From contig NC_008818.1 of NCBI RefSeq assembly GCF_000015145.1, positions 1,410,001 to 1,442,000 of the forward strand: DNA of 32,000 nt, in the 5' to 3' direction. Position numbers and translations under genes: made by a program. The stretch is from Hyperthermus butylicus DSM 5456. GTDB taxonomy: Archaea; Thermoproteota; Thermoprotei_A; Sulfolobales; Pyrodictiaceae. How positions within the stretch are numbered: position 1 is the stretch's first letter; each line of letters starts with the position of its first letter. Under the pieces are notes generated by a model. The model was not told the origin of the DNA, ran no database searches, and saw only the letters and a program-made list of their open reading frames with translations. This document shows positions 17,528-25,968 of this stretch, in pieces.

Positions 17528-18238
17528 TTATAGTGTTGTTTTCTCGGCTAGCTGCTTGCTAACCTCCTCCAGGTCTTTCACAGTGTCTATGCTTCTCCAG
17601 TATATGTCGCGGAATTTTACGCCTAGTAGCCTCTTCTCGCTGGCGAGTCTTGGGAGGGCTGTGGTCTCTATGTCACCCTTCTCGGGAAGGTAGTCAAGCA
17701 CCACGGGTCTCATAGCGTAGACGCCGGCGTTTATCCAGTAGTTGAGCACGGGCTTCTCGCGGAACACTGTAACCCAGCCTTCCTCGTTTACCTCTACCAC
17801 GCCATAGGGGCTGCGTAGGGGTACCAGTGCTATCGCTGCTACAGCTCTCGGCTCGGCCTGGAGCGCCTCAACGAGCTTTGATACGGGCAGGTCTGTTATG
17901 ATGTCGCCGTTTATTACCACGAAGTAGTCCTCGCCGCGGAGGAGGTGCTCCGCGTTCTTTATCGCTCCACCGGTTCCCAGGGGCTCATCCTCCACCACGT
18001 AGGCTATCCTTACGCCCAGCTTCTGTCCACTGCCAAGGTGTTTTACTAGCCGATCCCACCGATAGCCAGCAAGCACTACAAACTCGTGGAACCCGTGTCG
18101 CTTGAGCCATTCAATCTGCCACTCGATGATAGGCTTCCCTGCAACCTCTACAAGGGGCTTGGGCCTGTTGCTCGTAAGCGGACGCAGCCTCTTACCAAGC
18201 CCACCAGCTAATATGACAGCTTTAGCCACAGCCACCAC
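17528..18238 (-). CDS. NDP-sugar nucleotidyltransferase (mannose/glucose-1-phosphate type)
   Basis: KAVILAGGLGKRLRPLTSNRPKPLVEVAGKPIIEWQI, EDEPLGTGGAIKNAE, VINGDIITDLP. Confidence 0.92.
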   Translation of the reverse strand: MVAVAKAVILAGGLGKRLRPLTSNRPKPLVEVAGKPIIEWQIEWLKRHGFHEFVVLAGYRWDRLVKHLGSGQKLGVRIAYVVEDEPLGTGGAIKNAEHLLRGEDYFVVINGDIITDLPVSKLVEALQAEPRAVAAIALVPLRSPYGVVEVNEEGWVTVFREKPVLNYWINAGVYAMRPVVLDYLPEKGDIETTALPRLASEKRLLGVKFRDIYWRSIDTVKDLEEVSKQLAEKTTL

Positions 18239-18268
18239 ACCAGCAGAATAGGGAGATTATAGGCCCAC

Positions 18269-18276
18269 CTATATAG
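18269..18276 (-). promoter_or_regulatory. Candidate TATA box for nucleotidyltransferase gene
   Basis: CTATATAG is centred about 34 nt upstream of the start at 18238, consistent with a near-leaderless transcript. Confidence 0.5.
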
Positions 18277-18329
18277 ACCCAAGCCCGGAAAGAGGCGGCC
18301 CTATTGGCTGCTATGCAACGGCCTCTCCC

Positions 18330-18794
18330 CTACTCTGTGCGTGTCGGCTCTATAGTGCAGCCCCGTTGGAGCATCTCTGGCAGCTTCTGCAGTACTAGCC
18401 TAGCTCCAGGTGTCAACCTTAGCTTTAGCGCCTCCACCAGTGGGACAAACGCAGCATCCTCGGCATCACTGGAGGCCCTGGGCTCTCCACCCTCATACTC
18501 GAAGACAACGTCTATTATCACGTAGTGGTGCCGTCTCCCATCAGGCCCCTCGGCTACCAGCTCGTGGATGTGTATCACGCCCAGAGGCCTAGCCCGGATA
18601 CCCGTCTCCTCAAGGAGTTCACGAGCAGCAGCCTCTAGCAATGGCTCACCAGGCTCAACATGGCCGCCGGGAAAGCTCCAATAGCCCCGAAACGGGTCAT
18701 ACTTACGCCTAACCAGGAGAACCTCTAGTCCAGCGCTACCGCGGCGTACAACTATAGCGCCAACACCAAGCACAAGCCCAACGATAGGAGTCAC
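18330..18794 (-). CDS. NUDIX hydrolase
   Basis: Nudix box: GGHVEPGEPLLEAAARELLEETGI. Confidence 0.95.
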   Translation of the reverse strand: MTPIVGLVLGVGAIVVRRGSAGLEVLLVRRKYDPFRGYWSFPGGHVEPGEPLLEAAARELLEETGIRARPLGVIHIHELVAEGPDGRRHHYVIIDVVFEYEGGEPRASSDAEDAAFVPLVEALKLRLTPGARLVLQKLPEMLQRGCTIEPTRTE

Positions 18795-19151
18795 GAACCC
18801 CTAACCCCCCACCCGGCATGATGGGTAGAAACCTTCTACCAAACCCGAAGAATCCCCCGCTATAATAAGAACACGGCGGGGCAGCCCGGGAGCAACCCCC
18901 GCCAGCTACGCGCTCATAACGACTACCCCTAAGCCCTTAACCCCAGAGAATCCCTTGCAAAACCTGGCCTTAGGCATCAACGTGGAGAGATCTGCTGGAC
19001 ACATATCCTTATAGTCCTTGCAGGTTCGGTTCAACACACAACCATCATCTACGCTGGTAGAGTTCTTGTCTTTACACGCATCACTCCGAGATAACGCGGA
19101 GAATACTGGCTTGCCGTGGATTGCCAAAACGTGGATAGGGGTGGACTCGGG

Positions 19152-22121
19152 TTAGGGGGTTAGGGCTAGGTGTAGCTCACCCATATCCTCTATGCTCCAC
19201 TTCTTCGCCTTATCTGGCGGTGTTCCCAGCAGTGTTATCTTCTTCGCTCTTACCTCGCTCCTTATTAGATCCTCAAACCTCTTCACGGCCTCTAACACCT
19301 TGCCGGTAGCATACACCATTAACTCCTCCACGACGTGGTCTACGGGGAGGTCGAGTTCCTTCCTTAGCACCTGGGCGCGGCGTATAACCTCTCTCGCTAG
19401 GCCCTCCAGTAGTGTCTCCTCGTCCAGCTCCATGTCCACATAGACGAGCATGCTTTCGGTGTCGATCTTTAGCGCTGACTGTGCCCAGTCGGGCTCAGCC
19501 TCTGCTAGCTCCACCGTCTTTATATTGGCGAATCTTGCTAGTACACTTGCCGCCTCCCTGAGGGCGTCACGTAGATCCTCGTTCTTGACGAGTATGACTG
19601 CCCTCCTTAGGGGCCAGCGTCTCTTTAGCCGCTTCTCGCTACGTTCTGCCAGTATCTTCTCCGCCGCGGCGAACGCCTCTTCCACCGCCTTGTAGGCCTT
19701 CTCGTCTAGCAGCTCCTGGGGTACTGTGGGCCACTGGTTGAGATGTATGCTCTCCGGCGCGTCGGGCTCGTATTTCCTCACGAAGGCCTGGTATAGGTAC
19801 TCCGTGACGAACGGCGCTATGGGCGCCATTGCGGCGAGCACTGCCCTCAGCACATAGTATAGTGTCGCGTAGGCGGCGTCCTTGCTTTCTGTCATCTCTT
19901 CCTCCCAGACCCTCGGCCTTATCAGTGGGATGTAGCGGTGGCTCACCTGCTCCACCACGAGGTCTACGAGCGCCTGGACGGCCTGGTGCATATTGTCGCT
20001 CTCTATTGCCTCGCTAGCCTTCTCCAGGGCCTGCCAAAGCCTGTAGAGTATCCAGCGGTCCTCCACGGCGAGCCTGGCTTCCGCTGGGTTCTTCGGCTTC
20101 CACTTGTCCAGCTCCATGTACGTGTCCGCGAACTTCACGGTGTTCCATAGTATGTTGAGGTAGCCCTGGTACCTCCTAACCTCGTCGGGGTCGAAGTTTA
20201 TGCTATCCCATGGCGCCCTGCTTAGGAGGAAGATCCTCATTGGGTCTGTACCGTTCTTCTCCATCCACTCCAGGGCCCATATCACGTTGCCCTTGCTCTT
20301 GCTCATCTTCTTGCCGTACTTGTCGAGCACGTGGCCCTGGAGGAGTACCTCGCGGTAGGGCTTCCTCTCGTGCCATACTACGCCGGTTACCAGTAGGGTG
20401 TAGAACCAGCCACGGGTCTGGTCTGCCGCCTCGGTTATCCACTGGTATGGGTAGAGGGTGTCCCAGAGCTTGAGCCACCCATACTGTGCCAGGGAGGCTG
20501 TGTGGGCTACGCCACTATCCATCCAGACGTCAACAACGAAGGGCTCCCTCTTCATCACGCCGCCGCACTTGGGGCAGCGTAGTTCCACCCGGTCTATGTA
20601 GGGTCTGTGGGGGTCGCTGGGCACGCTGTTGGGGTCGGTTGCGAGCTGTTTCAGCTCTTCAAGGCTGCCCACGACGACTATGTGGTTGCAGCTGGTGCAC
20701 CGCCATACCGGCAGGGGTGTGCCCCAGTACCTCTCCCTGCTTATACACCAGTCGCGAGCGTTCTCAACCCAGTCGCCCATCCTCTTTGCTGCCCAGCTCG
20801 GCGCCCACCTCATCGAGTAGACCTCAGCGGCCATCTTCCTTCGCAGCTCGTCCGTTATCCTTATGAACCACTGCCTGGAGGCGTAGTAGAAGAGCCTGGT
20901 GCCGCACCTCCAGCAGAATGGGTACTCGTGCGGGTACTTGCCAGCGTATACCAGCAGCCCCTTGCGCTTCAGCACCTCCACCACGTGCTTGCTAGCCTCC
21001 TCGAACCAGAGCCCCTTGAAGGCGCCAGCATCCTCGCCGAAGTAGCCGTCCTCGCGGAGCGGCGTATAGACGTCAACACCGTGCTTCTGTGCCATCTCGA
21101 AGTCTTCTGGGCCGTGGGCGGGGGCTGCGTGTACTACGCCAGTACCCTCCTCCATCGTGACCCAGTCAGCTGTGTATACTGTGTGGTAGGGCTCGTGGTC
21201 GTGGCCCTGGTGGTAGGGGACCTCCTCGGCCAAGGGGTGACGGTACCGGCGGCCCTCCAGCTCCCTACCCCTGAGCCTCCCCATGACGCGATAATCCTTC
21301 AGTCCCACCTCCTTGGCGAATGCCTCGAGCCTCTTCTCCGCCAGTATCCACTTCTCGCCGCCAACCTCTACGACTACGTAGGTCTCGTCGGGATGGACTG
21401 CAGCCATCTCGTTAGCTATTATCGTCCAGGGTGTAGTGGTCCATGCTACCAGGTATGTGTTGGGCTCATCGAGAAGGGGGAGCTTGAAGTAGACGCTCGG
21501 GTCTTCGACGAGCTCGTAGCCCTGGGCTACCTCGTGGCTGCTCAGTGCTGTGCCGCAGCGGGGGCATCTGGGTACTACGCGGCGGCCCTCGTAGAGTAGG
21601 CCCTTCTCATGGGCTTTCTTGATGAAGCTCCACACCTGCTCTATGTACCGGGGGTGTCTCGTCTCGTAGGCGTGCTCGTAGTCTAGCCACAGGCCTAGCC
21701 TCTTGCTAGCCCGTACCCAGTGCTCCATATAGTAGTCTACGAGTTTGCGGCATTCCTCAACGAACCGCTCGACGCCCAGCTTCTCTATATCCCTCTTTGA
21801 TTTTAGGCCGAGCTTCTTCTCAACCTCGAGCTCTACAGGTAGTCCCTGGGTATCCCAGCCAGCCTGGTCCCAGACGCGGTAACCCCTCATCCTCATGTAG
21901 CGGAGCTTGACGTCCTTCAGTGTTCTGCCACGCGCGTGGCCAACGTGCATAAACCCGTTGGTTGTTGGCGGACCCTCCAGAAAGGCGAAGACGGGGCCCT
22001 TGCCTTCCTCCCAGGACTTCTTCTTGGCCTTCTCATATATCTTGTTCTCATCCCAGAACTTGAGGACCCATTCTTCAACCTTGACGGGGTTATACGAGGA
22101 TTTGAGGCTTGGCCTCTCCAT
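19152..22121 (-). CDS. ileS: Isoleucyl-tRNA synthetase
   Basis: Full-length class I synthetase with GPPTTNGFMHVGHARGRTLKD (HIGH), DQAGWDTQGLPVELEVEKKLG, AWTTTPWTIIANEM and GKKMSKSKGN. Confidence 0.96.
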   Translation of the reverse strand: MERPSLKSSYNPVKVEEWVLKFWDENKIYEKAKKKSWEEGKGPVFAFLEGPPTTNGFMHVGHARGRTLKDVKLRYMRMRGYRVWDQAGWDTQGLPVELEVEKKLGLKSKRDIEKLGVERFVEECRKLVDYYMEHWVRASKRLGLWLDYEHAYETRHPRYIEQVWSFIKKAHEKGLLYEGRRVVPRCPRCGTALSSHEVAQGYELVEDPSVYFKLPLLDEPNTYLVAWTTTPWTIIANEMAAVHPDETYVVVEVGGEKWILAEKRLEAFAKEVGLKDYRVMGRLRGRELEGRRYRHPLAEEVPYHQGHDHEPYHTVYTADWVTMEEGTGVVHAAPAHGPEDFEMAQKHGVDVYTPLREDGYFGEDAGAFKGLWFEEASKHVVEVLKRKGLLVYAGKYPHEYPFCWRCGTRLFYYASRQWFIRITDELRRKMAAEVYSMRWAPSWAAKRMGDWVENARDWCISRERYWGTPLPVWRCTSCNHIVVVGSLEELKQLATDPNSVPSDPHRPYIDRVELRCPKCGGVMKREPFVVDVWMDSGVAHTASLAQYGWLKLWDTLYPYQWITEAADQTRGWFYTLLVTGVVWHERKPYREVLLQGHVLDKYGKKMSKSKGNVIWALEWMEKNGTDPMRIFLLSRAPWDSINFDPDEVRRYQGYLNILWNTVKFADTYMELDKWKPKNPAEARLAVEDRWILYRLWQALEKASEAIESDNMHQAVQALVDLVVEQVSHRYIPLIRPRVWEEEMTESKDAAYATLYYVLRAVLAAMAPIAPFVTEYLYQAFVRKYEPDAPESIHLNQWPTVPQELLDEKAYKAVEEAFAAAEKILAERSEKRLKRRWPLRRAVILVKNEDLRDALREAASVLARFANIKTVELAEAEPDWAQSALKIDTESMLVYVDMELDEETLLEGLAREVIRRAQVLRKELDLPVDHVVEELMVYATGKVLEAVKRFEDLIRSEVRAKKITLLGTPPDKAKKWSIEDMGELHLALTP

Positions 22122-22162
22122 GGATAATGGTCATCACCGTGGAATGTGTCCCTAGACGGAGT

Positions 22163-22172
22163 CCTTATAAGT
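22163..22172 (-). promoter_or_regulatory. Candidate TATA box for ileS
   Basis: The reverse strand reads ACTTATAAGG about 45 nt upstream of the ileS start, just outside the preceding gene's stop. Confidence 0.5.
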
Positions 22173-22173
22173 A

Positions 22174-23310
22174 TTATCCTCTATTTCGCAGCTTGTACGA
22201 GTATATGTGCACTCTGGACAGCTCATTGTTGCTAGGCAGTTTTGGGTAGTAGCGTAGCTCTATGTACGAGGCTCCACCGAGACTCGATAAGAGCTTCTCT
22301 ATGCTCTTGGCTGCCCCTACAACAGTTTCTATGTCCGCGAAGCTCGGCGTATAGAAGTGCATGGGTGCAGGGTCAACGTGTTTTACAGGTGTTTCGAGCC
22401 GCGTAAACCAGTACATTTCGCTCCGCATGGTTTCTAGGAGCATTGCTATCAGCTTGGCTCTCTCCTTTGCAGGCACTACTACGACCCATGCACCTTCGAT
22501 GAGTGAGGGTCTCCTCGTCTTGGACTTGCAAGCACCAAACTCCATGAGGGCTATTATGGTGTCTCGTATTGCTGCTCCATTGGGGTGCAAGCCGAACTCT
22601 GAGGCTTTAAGGACAATCTTAGAGGATGTTATCGCCTCGGTACAGAGTGCTTCAAGGCTTTCAAGGGCATAGGCCTCATAGTTTGCACATGACGGGTTTG
22701 GTACCACAAATGCATCCCTACGTATCATGACTATGCCGGAGGCGAGCATGTTTGCCAGCCTTGCTATGGGTTCTGCTGGGACGCCTAGGTTCGAAAGCTT
22801 GGATACGTCAACACTCCACTCCCTAATGATGCCAGTATGGCTCCACTCCTCAACAATGTCTGTAACAAGTTCCTCAGCAATATCCTTCTTTACGCGGTTA
22901 ACCTTTGCAACCCATTTAGTGAGCCAGCGTAGATCGCGTCCTCCCCTTAGGATTACATGCTCCGGATATAGTGCACGGCGACATTTTTCGCATGCAGTCA
23001 CGATATCCTCCAGTATGGCGAGGGCCTTCCTATTGTTGCTACGTTCAAACGTCCACAGCTCTACAGCTCGTGACGCCTTGCCGTTACAGAAACGGCATCT
23101 ACCCTGGGAGCGTTGCTCTAGGAGCTTCCTAAGCCTCTCAATGGTGGTACTAGCCTCTTCAACATCGATACCAGCTATCTCAGCCAAAAGCAGCGGGTCA
23201 ATTTGTGCAATGTTTTCCAGGCTGAGACCAGCCTCTAGCAGTGGCAGAGGCCGGGGTCTCGGGCAGAGCCTTTCAAGAGTTCTACATGCCGCTTCGTAGA
23301 ACCGAGCCAA
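22174..23310 (-). CDS. Hypothetical protein with HhH-like N-terminus and CxxC...CxxC treble-clef-like zinc site
   Basis: ENIAQIDPLLLAEIAGIDVEEA resembles a helix-hairpin-helix. CRFCNGKASRAVELWTFERSNNRKALAILEDIVTACEKCRRALYPEHVILRGG has the spacing of an HNH/treble-clef fold. TTG start. Confidence 0.75.
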   Translation of the reverse strand: MARFYEAACRTLERLCPRPRPLPLLEAGLSLENIAQIDPLLLAEIAGIDVEEASTTIERLRKLLEQRSQGRCRFCNGKASRAVELWTFERSNNRKALAILEDIVTACEKCRRALYPEHVILRGGRDLRWLTKWVAKVNRVKKDIAEELVTDIVEEWSHTGIIREWSVDVSKLSNLGVPAEPIARLANMLASGIVMIRRDAFVVPNPSCANYEAYALESLEALCTEAITSSKIVLKASEFGLHPNGAAIRDTIIALMEFGACKSKTRRPSLIEGAWVVVVPAKERAKLIAMLLETMRSEMYWFTRLETPVKHVDPAPMHFYTPSFADIETVVGAAKSIEKLLSSLGGASYIELRYYPKLPSNNELSRVHIYSYKLRNRG

Positions 23311-23383
23311 TCTCTGGCACCTATCATGCTACGGAACATCTATATTAAGCATATACCACTCAATTCCATACTAATAGTTTTTA

Positions 23384-23423
23384 CGTTTTAAAAGATATTG
23401 TCTCGTTTTAAAAGATATTGTCT
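23384..23423. repeat. Exact tandem duplication of 20-bp unit CGTTTTAAAAGATATTGTCT (2 copies)
   Basis: Read directly: 23384-23403 and 23404-23423 are identical. They lie in an AT-rich intergenic region upstream of the minus-strand gene starting at 23310. Confidence 0.95.
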
Positions 23424-23558
23424 CAACGTTACGAATCCGTTGCATCTACAGCATAGCATACAACACATAGCCCCTAATATGCAAGAGTTTCATCTCCCAA
23501 AACAAGGCGCCAAGTATTGAAGCGCAACAGCACTGTCATCACAGACCCAGGCGCCTCG

Positions 23559-24335
23559 TTAAGGCTTGGCCTCCACTCGGCTGCATGATGACCAGCCGAG
23601 GAGACCTACCAGCCTCTGCACTTCCTTCACAGTCTCCACTAGCTGCTCCCTCTGGACACCAGGCACACCCGCCGCAACTATTAGTATGCATGTTGTGTCC
23701 TGGGCAACCATTGTTTCCACAGAGTCCCTGTGCGGATAGACATGCATCACCCTTCCATCACCATCTACTAAGATCGGCGTTCCCTGCTCCAGCTTCTCCG
23801 GCTTGCCGCCTATCGGGTGGAACTCCTCGCCGCCACGCGCCAATGTTATCCGGAGCGGTGGCTTGAACTTTGCAGCATCGTACAAGCCCACAGGAACCAT
23901 CATCCTAGCGGAGGCTATGTTACCGGCATCCACTACCGGGTTTATCCGCGGCCATTTGCCCCTCAACGCTCGCCGTACGAGAGCCTCGCTGCTAGGCCTA
24001 GTCTTCGTCGGGTCTATCCCTATCCTCCAGTAGAAGTCACGGTAAGTCCTCACTAGTGGATCCCTGGGCAGCTCCTCGACGCGATACCTCTCCCTAAGCT
24101 CTGCAAGCAACTTTTCTTCCTCAGCCACAAGCCTCCCTGGATCCAGCTCCCTCACAGGCCTGCCCCAGGAGAGGCTATAGGCAACGCGTATCCCGAGACC
24201 AGCCGCATCATCCTCAACAACGAGGAGGCCAGCTAGCTCCCTGCAAAGCCCGCTACAGTCAACAACGCACACCCCAGGCCACCCCCAGGGCCGGAGACGT
24301 GTACCTCCTCCGGGGTTTATCCTCCAACTGCACAC
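23559..24335 (-). CDS. Stand-alone B3/B4 (PheRS-beta-like tRNA-binding/editing) domain protein
   Basis: RDFYWRIGIDPTKTRPSSEALVRRALRG...INPVVDAGNIASARMMVPVGLYDAAKF...VAQDTTCILIVAAGVPG matches the B3/B4 domain family. The true start is probably internal to the listed ORF (around VCVVDCSGL). Confidence 0.85.
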   Translation of the reverse strand: MCSWRINPGGGTRLRPWGWPGVCVVDCSGLCRELAGLLVVEDDAAGLGIRVAYSLSWGRPVRELDPGRLVAEEEKLLAELRERYRVEELPRDPLVRTYRDFYWRIGIDPTKTRPSSEALVRRALRGKWPRINPVVDAGNIASARMMVPVGLYDAAKFKPPLRITLARGGEEFHPIGGKPEKLEQGTPILVDGDGRVMHVYPHRDSVETMVAQDTTCILIVAAGVPGVQREQLVETVKEVQRLVGLLGWSSCSRVEAKP

Positions 24336-24667
24336 CCCCAGTACCTACATGGATCGCCATACCTGGAATGGCGGCTACCAGTTAAGCCAAGACATGCACG
24401 GTTAGGGTGGAAGATGTAGGCACCAGCTAGAACCCCCTAATAACGCGGCTGAGGGAGGTGCTATAATGCAAGCATGAAGGTCTCTCCACTTGGGCCTCCT
24501 GGTTCCGGCTCAGCTCGTACGCGAGACCAAGGCGGCCACGGTGGATCCTAGTCTGTGTGTGCTCTACGAGGGCTACCCCTGAGGAGTACAATGAGCTATA
24601 CTGCTGTGCTGCTTAGCAGGCGTGGCCCGGGGCCTCATCGAGGGGTGCTGCTTGGTTCCGGGTTTAT

Positions 24668-25627
24668 TTGCTGCCACCTTTCCGTGTTGGTTCGGGTGTA
24701 TGTGTCCTGGCTTCTGGGGCGCGCTGCCTCTACCGCATACGTATACCGCTCCATGTAACCGGTTTGTGGGTGCCAGTGTGGAGAGGATCGCCCCGGGAGA
24801 CGGGGAGCCTCGGCGCGGGGCTTCTGCTTGAGCCTCCCGCCGTGGCTGAGGTCTACGAGTGTCCTGGGGGAGAGTGTGGGCTCCGTGTAAGGGCTTGTGG
24901 CGAGCTGGTATCCGCCTCTACTAGCATCGTCAAACACGTTGTGGAGCTTCTAGGCGGTCTCAACGTCGACGTCTCGCTCGAGTCTCCTGCCCCCCTGGCT
25001 GTCGGGTATGCTGTGAGTGCCGCTATCGCCCTAGCTATTGCTATTGGGGAGGGCTCTAGGCGGGGATGGAGCGTGGAGGCCTCCGCAGCGGTCGCACATG
25101 AGGCTGAGGTCCTGGCTGGCACAGGGCTAGGCGATGTAGTGGCAATGGTTTATGGCCGTGGACTCGAGCTGCGCCTCGCGCCGGGCGCGCCAGGGCTCGC
25201 ACGTGTAGAGAGCTTCCCCGTCAACGCGAAGACCATCTATAGCCTCGAGCTGGGCAGGATGGCAACCACCGAGATGCACCGCGCCCTCGGGGAGAAGCTC
25301 GTAGCTCTTGCTGCGCCCCGGTGGCAGAGGATAGCTGAGAATCCGAACCTTGATACCTTCCTGAGAGAGGCTAGGGAGTTTAGCGTGGAGGCCGGCTTTG
25401 CGCCGGACTGGCTGAGGGAGAAGCTTGACCGGCTCGTTTCGAGGGGCCTAGTTAGGGGCTGGTATGTGAAGAAGAGAGTAGCAATCGTAGTACCAGAGGA
25501 TGATGCTGCAGGGGAGGCCCGGGAGGAGCTGGAGGCCCTAGCAGCGAAGCGTGGGCTCCGGCTCCGCCGCCACAGGCCTGCCGGGTCGCCGCTTAGCGTC
25601 GAGCCTTGCTACTCCTCCTTTATGTAG
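24668..25627 (+). CDS. Pantoate kinase (archaeal GHMP family)
   Basis: RIRIPLHVTGLWVPVWRGSPRETGSLGAGLLLEPPAVAEV and PLAVGYAVSAAIALAIAIG match archaeal pantoate kinases. The exact start is uncertain. Confidence 0.85.
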   Translation: MLPPFRVGSGVCVLASGARCLYRIRIPLHVTGLWVPVWRGSPRETGSLGAGLLLEPPAVAEVYECPGGECGLRVRACGELVSASTSIVKHVVELLGGLNVDVSLESPAPLAVGYAVSAAIALAIAIGEGSRRGWSVEASAAVAHEAEVLAGTGLGDVVAMVYGRGLELRLAPGAPGLARVESFPVNAKTIYSLELGRMATTEMHRALGEKLVALAAPRWQRIAENPNLDTFLREAREFSVEAGFAPDWLREKLDRLVSRGLVRGWYVKKRVAIVVPEDDAAGEAREELEALAAKRGLRLRRHRPAGSPLSVEPCYSSFM

Positions 25628-25932
25628 AATCTCGGTGGGTCAATGCGCTGGCTCTTGCAGCGGGGGCACTTGCTGGGCTTGTAGGGCTCCGTGAGCTCTG
25701 CGAACACGTAGCCGCAGTCCCGGCACTGCGGCGGTATCATGTAGAGAACCGACCTACGACCGTGGCGGCGCCGTAGCGTCTTAACTATGTGGCGCAGGTG
25801 CTCGTATATCTCCGCCTCACTGCTTGCGGGATCGAGACCCAGAGTCATGGCTATCTCGCGCGCCGTGAGAGGGCGACGAGCCTCCATCAAGATCTTTATG
25901 ATTCGCTCCCTTACAGTGCCCTCCTCAACCAA
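25609..25932 (-). CDS. HTH transcriptional regulator with C-terminal zinc ribbon
   Basis: RRPLTAREIAMTLGLDP...EIYEHLRHIVKTLRR is followed by CRDCGYVFAELTEPYKPSKCPRCKSQRIDPP. Confidence 0.9.
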   Translation of the reverse strand: MVEEGTVRERIIKILMEARRPLTAREIAMTLGLDPASSEAEIYEHLRHIVKTLRRRHGRRSVLYMIPPQCRDCGYVFAELTEPYKPSKCPRCKSQRIDPPRFYIKEE

Positions 25933-25968
25933 GGCCTAATCATTCCCAGCGGCGTCAGATTCTACAGC

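Noticed and set aside
18980-19080. tRNA-like or C/D-box-like snippets (ggttcggttcaa; minus-strand gatgatgg)
   Set aside because: No acceptor/anticodon arms and no paired C and D boxes (RUGAUGA...CUGA) could be assembled by eye.
20607-21599. 330-aa + strand ORF (and others at 20486-20866, 22361-23299)
   Set aside because: These lie antisense to ileS and the HhH/zinc protein. Both minus-strand proteins have clear motifs, and the + frames are low-complexity shadows.
24336-24667. Possible tRNA or small gene before pantoate kinase (tggttccggctc..., gcttggttccggg...)
   Set aside because: No cloverleaf could be folded manually, and ORFs there lack support. It is probably an ordinary leader/promoter region.
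25609-25627. 19-bp overlap between pantoate kinase and the HTH-Zn regulator
   Set aside because: Convergent 3' overlaps of this size are common in compact archaeal genomes and are not evidence of a special mechanism.
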